Shown piece after piece: positions 1 through 7,698 of a stretch of DNA of 32,000 bases. The translations under genes were made by a program, and so were the position numbers. Positions within the stretch are counted from its first letter, which is position 1, and each line of letters begins with the position of its first letter. Source of the DNA: Acaryochloris thomasi RCC1774. GTDB taxonomy: Bacteria; Cyanobacteriota; Cyanobacteriia; Thermosynechococcales; Thermosynechococcaceae. Location: NCBI RefSeq assembly GCF_003231495.1, contig NZ_PQWO01000005.1, positions 120,001-152,000 on the forward strand, read 5' to 3'. A model generated the notes under the pieces. That model did no database searches. It was given only the letters and a program-made list of their open reading frames with translations, and was not told where the DNA came from.

Positions 1-142
1 ATGTGTCGTTAGTGCTAAAGAACTTAGGTTCTTTTTTGATGCACGAGCAAATTTCAGGATGTTTTGCAATATAGTTATATAAACTACTTGTTCCACATTT
101 CATTGCCCCAATGATTATCACAAAATTTTTGATCATTATCAT
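1..142 (-). CDS. Sulfotransferase-family protein, N-terminal fragment (gene runs off the left edge)
   Basis: Hand translation of the minus strand from the ATG at 142-140 gives MIMIKNFVIIIGAMKCGTSSLYNYIAKHPEICSCIKKEPKFFSTNDT. GAxKCGTSSL...HPEI...KEPxFF matches the PAPS-binding 5'-PSB loop pattern of sulfotransferases. An AAGGAG Shine-Dalgarno (SD) sequence (rc of 146-151) lies just upstream. Codon usage is very AT-rich, unlike the rest of the window. Confidence 0.6.
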   Translation of the reverse strand, partial: MIMIKNFVIIIGAMKCGTSSLYNYIAKHPEICSCIKKEPKFFSTNDT

Positions 143-328
143 CCGCTCCTTCAAATATTAAAACCTATTTATTTAATTTCTATAAGATTTATTTATTAAT
201 TCAGTAAAAATTCTTAGCATCAGTTTATTTATTTTTCTGTTCTCAACACCTTTATTTTAAATTAAAAGAACTCTATTCAAGTGTGCTTATCGCTTTCATG
301 ACCTCCTTTAGGATTTAAGATATTGAGA

Positions 329-352
329 CAAAATCAAATTTTTTTGATTTTG
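329..352. promoter_or_regulatory. Perfect 10-bp inverted repeat CAAAATCAAA-TTTT-TTTGATTTTG in an AT-rich divergent intergenic region (candidate operator or hairpin)
   Basis: Read directly: 329-338 is the exact reverse complement of 343-352. It lies between the minus-strand sulfotransferase start (142) and the plus-strand ORF start (531). Confidence 0.35.
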
Positions 353-530
353 CAGAATGCTACTAATTTACTACATTCTCACAATTATTTTTGTAGACGG
401 TAGTAGAAAAGCACCGCAGTGAAATCTCTACTACAGCCTACTAATAGCTCAGGCTAGCATTCTGAAGAGCTTATCAAAGTGGATATGGGATATGTGGCAT
501 AATAATCCGGCAATTATCTAGCGGTATCTC

Positions 531-1583
531 ATGGCGCAGAGTAGTGTCGAGTCTCAGATTGTTTTGTCAGATGCCGTAGTTGAAGGGTCTAATGAACTCA
601 ACCTCAAGCTACCGGATCCAGAAGATGAAATAATTTCTGATTTTGATTTTCAGCAACAGGTGAATGCAGCCTGGTTGGTTTGCGATCGCATCAATCTGCA
701 GTCCGACATATGGCGAGGTCGCATTCTAAGGGCCGTGCGCGACCGCGAAAAACACAGCGGCGAAGGCCGGGGCACTGGTTTTCTGCACTGGCTGCAGGAG
801 CAAGAGATCAGTAAAAGTCAGGCCTATAGCTGGATCGAACTGGCCAACAGCGCCGATACCCTGCTCGAAAACGGGCACCTAGAAGCCTCCGCCATTGACA
901 ACTTCAGCAAGCGCGCCTTTGTGGAAACCGCCCAAGCCGCCCCCGAAGTGCAGCAGTTAATCAGCGAAACCGCCAACCAAGGGACCGCCATCACCCGCCG
1001 CGAAGTACAGCAGCTTACCGATGAGTGGGTCGGGATGACCTCAGACCTGGTTCCAGCAGAGATTAAAGCGAAAGCAGCCGATCAAACAATTCCCACTCGC
1101 TATTTAGCACCCTTTGTACGAGAGCTAGAGAAGCTGCCTGAGGTCCACCAGTCCGCCCTGCAGGAATCCCTGAGTGAAGATCCTGACATCGATACTCTCA
1201 AGCAGGTCACCAACGAAGCCAAGCAGTTGGCCAAATATTTGTCGGCCTCTACTGAAGTGCAGGCAATCACTGCCCACAGTATTGATTTAGAAGCCAGTCT
1301 AGAAGAAGCGCTGCGCCTTGGGTGTCTTAACTCAGCCGCTGATATGGTCAACCAGGCGGCCCAACTTGAACAGACAATTGCTAAACTTTATACGACTTGG
1401 CGGCGGATTCAGCGACTTTCGGGCAAAGTATACGCCGATAGTGGTGCCAGTACCCCCAACTTGCGATCGCTTGTGCAATCTTTAGAAGGTCTATGTGGCG
1501 AGGTACTAGAAATTGAGCTGGGTAGCCAATCTGCTCAGCCGATCACCGTTCGCCTGAAAATGCTCAACCCTGATGACGGTTAA
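531..1583 (+). CDS. Hypothetical protein, 350 aa, with a possible HTH-like segment
   Basis: Long ORF with host-like composition and internal HIP1 sites (682-689, 1463-1470). The segment RGRILRAVRDREKHSGEGRGTGFLHWLQEQEISKSQAYSWIELANSA resembles DUF3102-type helix-turn-helix regions. That comparison is from memory and is unverified. Confidence 0.55.
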   Translation: MAQSSVESQIVLSDAVVEGSNELNLKLPDPEDEIISDFDFQQQVNAAWLVCDRINLQSDIWRGRILRAVRDREKHSGEGRGTGFLHWLQEQEISKSQAYSWIELANSADTLLENGHLEASAIDNFSKRAFVETAQAAPEVQQLISETANQGTAITRREVQQLTDEWVGMTSDLVPAEIKAKAADQTIPTRYLAPFVRELEKLPEVHQSALQESLSEDPDIDTLKQVTNEAKQLAKYLSASTEVQAITAHSIDLEASLEEALRLGCLNSAADMVNQAAQLEQTIAKLYTTWRRIQRLSGKVYADSGASTPNLRSLVQSLEGLCGEVLEIELGSQSAQPITVRLKMLNPDDG

Positions 1584-1647
1584 ATTCCCCAAAGCTCTGC
1601 GGTCCTATCTTCCCAACTCAAGATCTCCTGTTCTGGGTTTTGGAATC

Positions 1648-2739
1648 ATGGACCTCTATATCTTGAAGGCATTAGCACTGCCTTTCTTGTTTGGTGTCGG
1701 GGCCTTCTTAGCTATCAGCCTCACCCTGGGCAGCCTCTTCGATCTGCTGCGTCAGGTCAGCGAGGAGGGCCTTGGCCTCACCATTGCCCTTCAGATTCTA
1801 GGCCTTCAGATTCCTAGCTTTTTAGTGTTAGCGCTACCGATGGCGACCCTGCTCGCCACCTTAACCGTTTATAACCAGCTCTCCCGCCGCAGTGAAATTA
1901 TCGCTCTACGGAACTGCGGCACCAGCATCTACCGACTGGTTGTGCCAGCACTATGCCTCAGCTTGCTGGTTACCTTGCTCACCTTTGCCCTCAGTGAACT
2001 GGTCGTTCCTCCCAGCAATTATCAAGCCAGCAAAATCCTCGATCAAGCCCTTAATCGAGAACGACCCACGTTCCAAGAGAAGAATATTTTCTATCGGGAG
2101 TTTGACGGCGACCAGCTCACCCGTGTCTTTTATGCTCGCCGCTTCGATGGTCAGTGGATGCAGGACCTCACCGTTCTCAATTTTCTGCAGGGCAGCCTCA
2201 ACGACATTACCGTCACCGAGTCAGCGCAGTGGAACCCGAGTCAAGAAGTGTGGAACCTGCTCAACGGCACCGTTTACCGCTTAGCGCGGGGCAGCTCATC
2301 CTATCAAACCGTTTCTAACTTTGAGCGCCAAAATCTGCAGCTCTCTCGGGCACCTTTGGACCTAGCGACAGAAACCCGTCGTCCTGAACAGATGAGCGTG
2401 TTTGCAACCCAGCGGCTTCTAAAACTCGTGAACCGCAGCGGCGACCTCAGGCGAATTCGTAAGCTTCAGGTGCAGGTGCAAACGAAATACGCCTTCCCCT
2501 GGATCTGCGTGGTCTTTGGTCTCGTGGGTTCAACCCTAGGACTGCAGGAACAGCGACGGGCCAGCAGCAAAGGCTTTGGTCTGAGCATTCTAATTATCTT
2601 CGGCTACTACACCCTTGATTTTGTCTGTCGTTCTCTAGGGGAAGCCGGTATCCTCACCGCTATTACCGGCGCTTGGTTAACGACGATTGTTGGCCTGATG
2701 GTCAGCGGCGTCTTGCTCTGGCAAGCCAACCGGCGGTAG
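1648..2739 (+). CDS. LptF/LptG-family (YjgP/YjgQ) permease
   Basis: The ORF track gives 1573-2739. I place the start at the ATG at 1648 (MDLYILKALALPFLFG...), the typical family N-terminus, giving 363 aa. There are multiple TM segments and a central periplasmic beta-jellyroll-like stretch (FYREFDGDQLTRVFYARRFDG...). Confidence 0.85.
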   Translation: MDLYILKALALPFLFGVGAFLAISLTLGSLFDLLRQVSEEGLGLTIALQILGLQIPSFLVLALPMATLLATLTVYNQLSRRSEIIALRNCGTSIYRLVVPALCLSLLVTLLTFALSELVVPPSNYQASKILDQALNRERPTFQEKNIFYREFDGDQLTRVFYARRFDGQWMQDLTVLNFLQGSLNDITVTESAQWNPSQEVWNLLNGTVYRLARGSSSYQTVSNFERQNLQLSRAPLDLATETRRPEQMSVFATQRLLKLVNRSGDLRRIRKLQVQVQTKYAFPWICVVFGLVGSTLGLQEQRRASSKGFGLSILIIFGYYTLDFVCRSLGEAGILTAITGAWLTTIVGLMVSGVLLWQANRR

Positions 2740-2779
2740 CCCCTTTGACTACAATCAAGGTAGAGATGAGGCAGCAGAC

Positions 2780-3745
2780 GTGACCCAGACTTTGACTTGG
2801 CAACAATGCGTGGGTGCTCAACGAGATTGGGTCTGGCGGGGCTGGCAAACCCGCTATAGCTATATCAGTGCAGCGAAGGCCGGCCATTCCTCTCCTCCCA
2901 TGTTGTTTATTCATGGCTTCGGGGCCTCTATCGGTCACTGGAAGCACAATCTGCCTTTTTTCAGTGAAGATCACGCCGTTTATGCACTAGATCTGTTGGG
3001 CTTTGGAGGATCTGAGAAAGCCAACATCAGCTACAGTGTTGCTTCCCTGTGGGCCGAGCAGGTCCACGATTTCTGGCACACGTTTATCAATGAGCCCGTG
3101 ATCTTGGTGGGTAATTCTCTGGGCTCGATGGTTTGTCTGATTGCCGCTGCCCGCTACCCTGAGATGGTGCGAGCGACGGTCATGATCAATGTCGCTGATT
3201 CATCGGTTCTAGAGACGCCAGCATGGATTACAAAGTCCCTTTCGTTGGTCAAGGTCTGCTTATTTCCAGCTCTATGGGTTACGAAAACCATCTTTACGAG
3301 CAGCCTTGTCTTTGAGCCGTTTTTCCGCTGGATTCGTCGTCCTAGCGTGATCCGATTTTGGGCGCGAAAGGCCTATTCCAGTCCCGATGCAGTCACTGAC
3401 GAACTGGTTGATATCTTAGTGAAGCCAACGCACGATCGAGGTGCTTCTCGGGCGCTACGGGCAATGTTTAATGCCAAACCCACCCGGAAGGCGGAATACT
3501 GGGCGACAAACATTTTGCCAAAATTAACGGTTCCGATATTGCTGATCTGGGGTCGTCAGGACAGGCTGATACCGCCGAAGCTGGCCCCCCTATTCGTCAA
3601 GTACAATCAGGCGATACAGCTAGTTGAGCTAGATAATGCGGGGCATTGTCCCCAGGATGAGTGTCCTGAAAAAGTGAATGTTGCGATCGCAACCTGGATC
3701 CATAGCTGGCTATCCAAGCCCCAATCATTGAGCTACGATAAATAG
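2780..3745 (+). CDS. Alpha/beta-fold hydrolase (pheophytinase/CLD1-like subgroup)
   Basis: GTG start. Supporting motifs are HGFGASIGHW, DLLGFGGSEK, the nucleophile elbow GNSLGS and a C-terminal GHCPQDE. Confidence 0.8.
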   Translation: MTQTLTWQQCVGAQRDWVWRGWQTRYSYISAAKAGHSSPPMLFIHGFGASIGHWKHNLPFFSEDHAVYALDLLGFGGSEKANISYSVASLWAEQVHDFWHTFINEPVILVGNSLGSMVCLIAAARYPEMVRATVMINVADSSVLETPAWITKSLSLVKVCLFPALWVTKTIFTSSLVFEPFFRWIRRPSVIRFWARKAYSSPDAVTDELVDILVKPTHDRGASRALRAMFNAKPTRKAEYWATNILPKLTVPILLIWGRQDRLIPPKLAPLFVKYNQAIQLVELDNAGHCPQDECPEKVNVAIATWIHSWLSKPQSLSYDK

Positions 3746-3781
3746 CTGGGCAACAATAGATCCTTTGACCGCCGAAGAACC

Positions 3782-4306
3782 ATGAAACATACCTTATCTG
3801 TGCTGGTAGAAGACGAAGCCGGAGTCCTCACCCGCATTGCAGGCCTTTTTGCCCGTCGTGGCTTCAATATCGAAAGCCTAGCCGTAGGCCCCGCAGAACA
3901 GGGCGGCATCTCCCGAATTACGATGGTTGTCCCCGGCGATGATAGAGGCATAGAGCAGCTTACCAAGCAGCTCTACAAACTAATTAACGTCCTCAAAGTT
4001 CAGGACATTACTGAAAAGCCCTGCGTTGAACGAGAGCTGATGCTAATTAAAGTCAGTGCCACAGCTAGCCTTAGATCAGAAGTCACCGAAATCGTCAAAA
4101 TATTTCGCGCCAAAGTCGTAGACGTCTCTGAGGAATCATTGACCATCGAAGTTGCAGGCGACCCAGGCAAAATGGTTGCGATTGTACAAATGCTTAGCAA
4201 ATTTGGAATCCAAGAGATCGCTCGCACCGGCAAAATTGCCCTCACACGAGAATCACGCGTCAACACAGAATATCTGAAAGCGCAGAAGTCTAAAGTTCAA
4301 GTCTAA
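3782..4306 (+). CDS. ilvH: Acetolactate synthase small (regulatory) subunit
   Basis: [37 protein letters not shown] is the classic ACT-domain N-terminus of IlvH/IlvN. The 174 aa length also fits. Confidence 0.9.
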   Translation: MKHTLSVLVEDEAGVLTRIAGLFARRGFNIESLAVGPAEQGGISRITMVVPGDDRGIEQLTKQLYKLINVLKVQDITEKPCVERELMLIKVSATASLRSEVTEIVKIFRAKVVDVSEESLTIEVAGDPGKMVAIVQMLSKFGIQEIARTGKIALTRESRVNTEYLKAQKSKVQV

Positions 4307-4459
4307 GCCGCTTCTTTAACGCTTAGCATCATTCTTTCACGTCCATCATCAACAGACTTTCAATTCACCCATAAGATCCTGAATCTTCTGCGATAGAAGA
4401 CTCAAGAGACTTAGTAAAGCAAAGCTGTTAATTAATTTCTTAGAAGAAGTTTTCAAGCC

Positions 4460-5371
4460 CTAAGCCCACTCATCATCTGCTGAAGCATCATAGCCTCGAT
4501 TAGAGCTGCTTCGATAGTCCATCGGTCGATAATCAACATAGTCATCTCGCTGCTGTCTGCTCGACTCAGGGGCGCTTCGAGGGCGACGTCTACGGCCAGT
4601 GGACTCAGCAGAAGATGATGACGACGAAGTCCGACGCGGACGGCGACGCGGCTCTTCAGAAGCAGCAGCATAGGGATCTTCTGCGCTAGATCGATAGCGA
4701 CGGCTGTAAGCCGAATCGTCTCCAGAAGCAGAAGGACGCCGATCTCTATCCCGACTACCTTCAGCAGAACGACGGCGAGGTCGCTCTGCCTCACCCCGAT
4801 CAAAACCCTGTTGACGACCTCCAGAACTAGGTCGTGAACGACGAGGCCGGCGGCTCGATCTGGACTCCCCTACTCTCTCTCGCGCATAAGTATCGTCATC
4901 TTCGGCATTACTATCTCGGGCACTGCGAATTCTCCGGACAGACGGTACCTGATCGCTCGGAGATAGCTCGTCAAGTTCTGCTCGATAAACGCGACCCACC
5001 GGTCGATCATCGTCCACGATAGGCGTATTCCGGCGAGCCTGATCCGTCGCAATTCCGCGCAAACGGATACTCTCTACAGCAAAGAAAATGGCTGACCCTC
5101 CCAATAAAATTTGGGAAAACAGCAAAATGGGGTCTAACCGCCAGCCGTTGAAGAAAACGATGCCGCCACACAGAAGTGCAATAGCCGCAAAGAAAATATC
5201 ATGATCGCGGGCCAGTTCAGGTCGAAAAGACCGCAGGAAGTAAAGACCTGCCCCCGAGCTAGCAATCATTAAGCCCAGGAAAACCGCCTGTGGTGACCCT
5301 ACATTGACCTGTGCCAATAGCGGCGAGTACAGAAGCATCTGTCCCGACGAACCTAGTAAAACCTCAACCAT
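4460..5371 (-). CDS. ycf66: Ycf66-family membrane protein with a long Arg/Ser/Asp-rich disordered tail
   Basis: The N-terminal ~110 aa (AGLYFLRSFRPELARDHDIFFAAIALLCGGIVFFNGWRLDPILLFSQ...ESIRLRG) match the Ycf66_N pattern. The remainder is low-complexity R/S/D/E sequence. Confidence 0.8.
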   Translation of the reverse strand: MVEVLLGSSGQMLLYSPLLAQVNVGSPQAVFLGLMIASSGAGLYFLRSFRPELARDHDIFFAAIALLCGGIVFFNGWRLDPILLFSQILLGGSAIFFAVESIRLRGIATDQARRNTPIVDDDRPVGRVYRAELDELSPSDQVPSVRRIRSARDSNAEDDDTYARERVGESRSSRRPRRSRPSSGGRQQGFDRGEAERPRRRSAEGSRDRDRRPSASGDDSAYSRRYRSSAEDPYAAASEEPRRRPRRTSSSSSSAESTGRRRRPRSAPESSRQQRDDYVDYRPMDYRSSSNRGYDASADDEWA

Positions 5372-5556
5372 TCAAATTTCCCCGAACTGTGCTGCTACCA
5401 GTAGACGTCGCATCTCTATCCTAGCGACGGAAGACATTACTAACAACAAAATCAAGGTTAACTCACTGCCTCCAATCTCAGAGAGCAGCTTATTAACCTT
5501 GACGCTAGAATACTTCCAGAAAACAATTTAGATTGCTGGACGCCCTCAAGCTTTAC

Positions 5557-5694
5557 TTAGCGGCGATTAACAGGATCAGTCTGGCTGGCATAGATAAAAA
5601 ATGCACCTAGCCCACCCAAAACAACCGCGCCGAAACCAAGACTGTAAAAGAAACCCACCAATGAGGAGGTCACTGCCATTAAGGTGTAAGTCAT
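5557..5694 (-). CDS. psbX: Photosystem II reaction centre protein X
   Basis: Not in the ORF track because it is only 45 aa. Hand translation gives MTYTLMAVTSSLVGFFYSLGFGAVVLGGLGAFFIYASQTDPVNRR. This aligns with the PsbX pattern SLxGFFxxLxxGAVVLGxxxxxxIxxSQxDxVxR. Length is 138 nt with a TAA stop. Confidence 0.8.
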   Translation of the reverse strand: MTYTLMAVTSSLVGFFYSLGFGAVVLGGLGAFFIYASQTDPVNRR

Positions 5695-5859
5695 AACCGT
5701 TTTTTATTGCAACAGTATTCTTTATCTTAGAGGGTTGTCAGACGCTTGAGAAGCCTTAGATTGAGGTTAAGGTTCCATCGTTCACCTTAAATCATCATCT
5801 TTTGCCCTTTTACAGACAGCGTTAAACTTGGAATTAGATCAGACTTTCTTCCTAAGCTT

Positions 5860-6144
5860 ATGAACGCCTCCCTCCTTTCAAACTGGTTCTTGGGCCCCCT
5901 CCTCGGTCTCATGACCCTGCTCTTTATCTGTCGCATCGTTCTGAGCTGGTACCCTCAGGCAAACCTGAACCGCCTACCGTTTTTATTAGCGGCTTGGCCG
6001 ACAGAACCTTTTTTGATTCCAGTCCGCAAGCTTGTGCCTCCCATCGGTGGCGTCGACATCAGCCCTATTATCTGGGTCGGCATTATCAGCTTAATTCGAG
6101 AATTACTCTTGGGCCAGCAGGGCCTTTTACGGATGCTGGCTTAA
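5860..6144 (+). CDS. ycf19: YggT/Ycf19-family membrane protein
   Basis: 94 aa. The pattern [10 protein letters not shown]...[22 protein letters not shown] is typical of YggT. Confidence 0.8.
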   Translation: MNASLLSNWFLGPLLGLMTLLFICRIVLSWYPQANLNRLPFLLAAWPTEPFLIPVRKLVPPIGGVDISPIIWVGIISLIRELLLGQQGLLRMLA

Positions 6145-7487
6145 GGCTGCATCACATCCTGCACAAAATTTGTGTAGACTTTGCCCTGATTAAACTCAGG
6201 CGTTTCTAAGATTTTCTTATGAAAGCCAATGGTGGTCGGCAACCCCGTAATTGCACATTCGTAAAGCGCTCGCTTCATCCTTGCGATCGCAGCTTCCCGG
6301 TCATGCCCCCAAACAATCAATTTGCCAATCAAAGAATCATAGTAGGGTGGAATTTCATAATCAGTATAGACATGGGAATCAACCCGAACACCAGGCCCAC
6401 CCGGGGGCAAATATCCACTGATGCGACCGGGGTGGGGGCGAAAATTATGATCCGGGTCTTCAGCATTGATCCGGCATTCAATGGCGTGTCCCTTCAGCTG
6501 AATCTGATCTTGAGTGAACCGAAGCTTCTCACCCTGAGCAACGCGAATCTGCTCTTCAATTAAATCAAGCCCCGTAATCATCTCCGTAACAGGGTGCTCC
6601 ACCTGAATGCGAGTATTCATCTCCATAAAATAGAACTCGCCCGCAGAGGACAGCAAAAACTCAACGGTCCCTGCCCCCACATAATCAATGGACTGGGCTG
6701 CCCTCACAGCTGCTGAGCCCATCTTTTCTCGCAGCTCAGGGCTCAAAGCAGCGCTGGGAGATTCTTCTAATAGCTTTTGATGCCGCCGCTGAATTGAACA
6801 GTCCCGTTCCCCCAAATGCACAACATTGCCGTGGGTATCCGCCAAAATTTGAAACTCAATGTGGCGAGGGTTCTCAATAAATTTTTCAATATAGACCCCT
6901 GGATTGCCAAAGGCCGCATCAGCCTCTCCTTGAGCCGCTAGAAACAATTGCTTTAAATCTTCAGGCTCACGCACCAATCTCATGCCGCGACCGCCGCCGC
7001 CAGCTGTCGCCTTAATCATGACGGGGTAACCCATTTTTTCAGCCAGCTTCTGACCGGCCTCTGGATCTGGCACGAGGCCATCACTACCCGGAACCGTCGG
7101 AACACCAGCCTGCTGCATCGTTTCCTTAGCCGTGGACTTATCCCCCATGGATCGCATAGATTCAGGAGCTGGGCCAATAAAGTGAATTTTATGGTCAGCA
7201 CAAATTTCAGCAAAACGTGCGTTTTCAGCCAAAAAGCCATAGCCAGGATGAATAGCAGTGGCATTATGCATCAAAGCTGCAGAGAGAATATTGGGAATAT
7301 TAAGATAGCTCTTCGCGCTAGCAGGCTCACCAATACAGACAGCTTCATCTGCAAGCTGAACATGGAGAGCATTTCGGTCTACGGTGGAATGCACTGCAAC
7401 GGTAGCAATGCCCATTTCTTCACAGGTTCTCAGGATTCTGAGAGCAATCTCTCCCCGATTGGCAATTAAGATTTTAGAAAACTGCAT
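6141..7487 (-). CDS. accC: Acetyl-CoA carboxylase, biotin carboxylase subunit
   Basis: [27 protein letters not shown]... continues through ATP-grasp motifs to the C-terminus. The start is taken at the ATG at 7487 (448 aa) rather than the track's 7586 extension. Confidence 0.92.
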   Translation of the reverse strand: MQFSKILIANRGEIALRILRTCEEMGIATVAVHSTVDRNALHVQLADEAVCIGEPASAKSYLNIPNILSAALMHNATAIHPGYGFLAENARFAEICADHKIHFIGPAPESMRSMGDKSTAKETMQQAGVPTVPGSDGLVPDPEAGQKLAEKMGYPVMIKATAGGGGRGMRLVREPEDLKQLFLAAQGEADAAFGNPGVYIEKFIENPRHIEFQILADTHGNVVHLGERDCSIQRRHQKLLEESPSAALSPELREKMGSAAVRAAQSIDYVGAGTVEFLLSSAGEFYFMEMNTRIQVEHPVTEMITGLDLIEEQIRVAQGEKLRFTQDQIQLKGHAIECRINAEDPDHNFRPHPGRISGYLPPGGPGVRVDSHVYTDYEIPPYYDSLIGKLIVWGHDREAAIARMKRALYECAITGLPTTIGFHKKILETPEFNQGKVYTNFVQDVMQP

Positions 7488-7698
7488 AGGTTTGCTGAGG
7501 CTTGTCAGTAGAGTTTTTCGTCCCCGAGTTATTTGCTCAGATCTACCAGAACCAAGCACAGCGGCTGATGTAAGCGATAAGTACATTGCTGCTTTGCGAA
7601 ACTACAGCAGCATTCTGGCCAAACCAGAAACAGCTTTATCCTATCACGCAGGGTACCCTGCAAATGCTGGCACGGCGGACTCAAAAAGGGTTAAGACG

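Noticed and set aside
273-299. Minus-strand 8-codon mini-ORF (MKAISTLE*) preceded by a strong AAGGAGG, upstream of the sulfotransferase gene. It could be a leader peptide.
   Set aside because: The SD-to-ATG spacing is only ~2 nt, the peptide has no informative composition, and nothing else supports it. It is recorded but not called.
436-470. tRNA-like string aatagctcaggctagc, resembling a D-arm TAGCTCAG.
   Set aside because: No acceptor stem, anticodon arm or GTTCGAATC-type T-loop can be built around it.
1573-1647. Upstream in-frame extensions offered by the ORF track: lptF/G 1573, accC 7586, yceD 11065, oxygenase 19857, GT-A 20193, GT-B 21524, GT-C 22778 and GT2b 30339.
   Set aside because: Family-typical N-termini begin at internal ATGs. 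Paralog alignment supports this for the GTs, and expected protein lengths support it for AccC (448 aa), the oxygenase (491 aa) and the AKR.
4384-4400. Weak hairpin TCTTCT-GCGAT-AGAAGA between convergent ilvH and ycf66, considered as a bidirectional terminator.
   Set aside because: The 6-bp stem is AT-rich and lacks flanking U/A tracts. The evidence is insufficient.
4453-4803. Antisense or overlapping 'shadow' ORFs inside real genes. Examples are 1100-1351, 4453-4803, 6219-6563, 8263-8586, 16073-16498, 20427-20831, 26770-27210 and 30495-30917.
   Set aside because: Each lies wholly within a well-supported gene in another frame or on the other strand. Their products are low-complexity or unrecognisable, as is typical of moderately GC-rich DNA.
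5304-5531. 75-aa plus-strand ORF in the ycf66-psbX spacer.
   Set aside because: It overlaps the ycf66 start, and it has no SD and no recognisable motif. It is likely spurious.
7648-7661. Perfect 14-nt palindrome GCAGGGTACCCTGC, together with the nearby TGCTGCT...AGCAGCA stem at 7586-7611, located upstream of accC and downstream of the 638-aa gene.
   Set aside because: No U-tract is present for a terminator. It occurs only once and has no known motif, so it could be chance. It is worth a glance only if 3'-end data exist.
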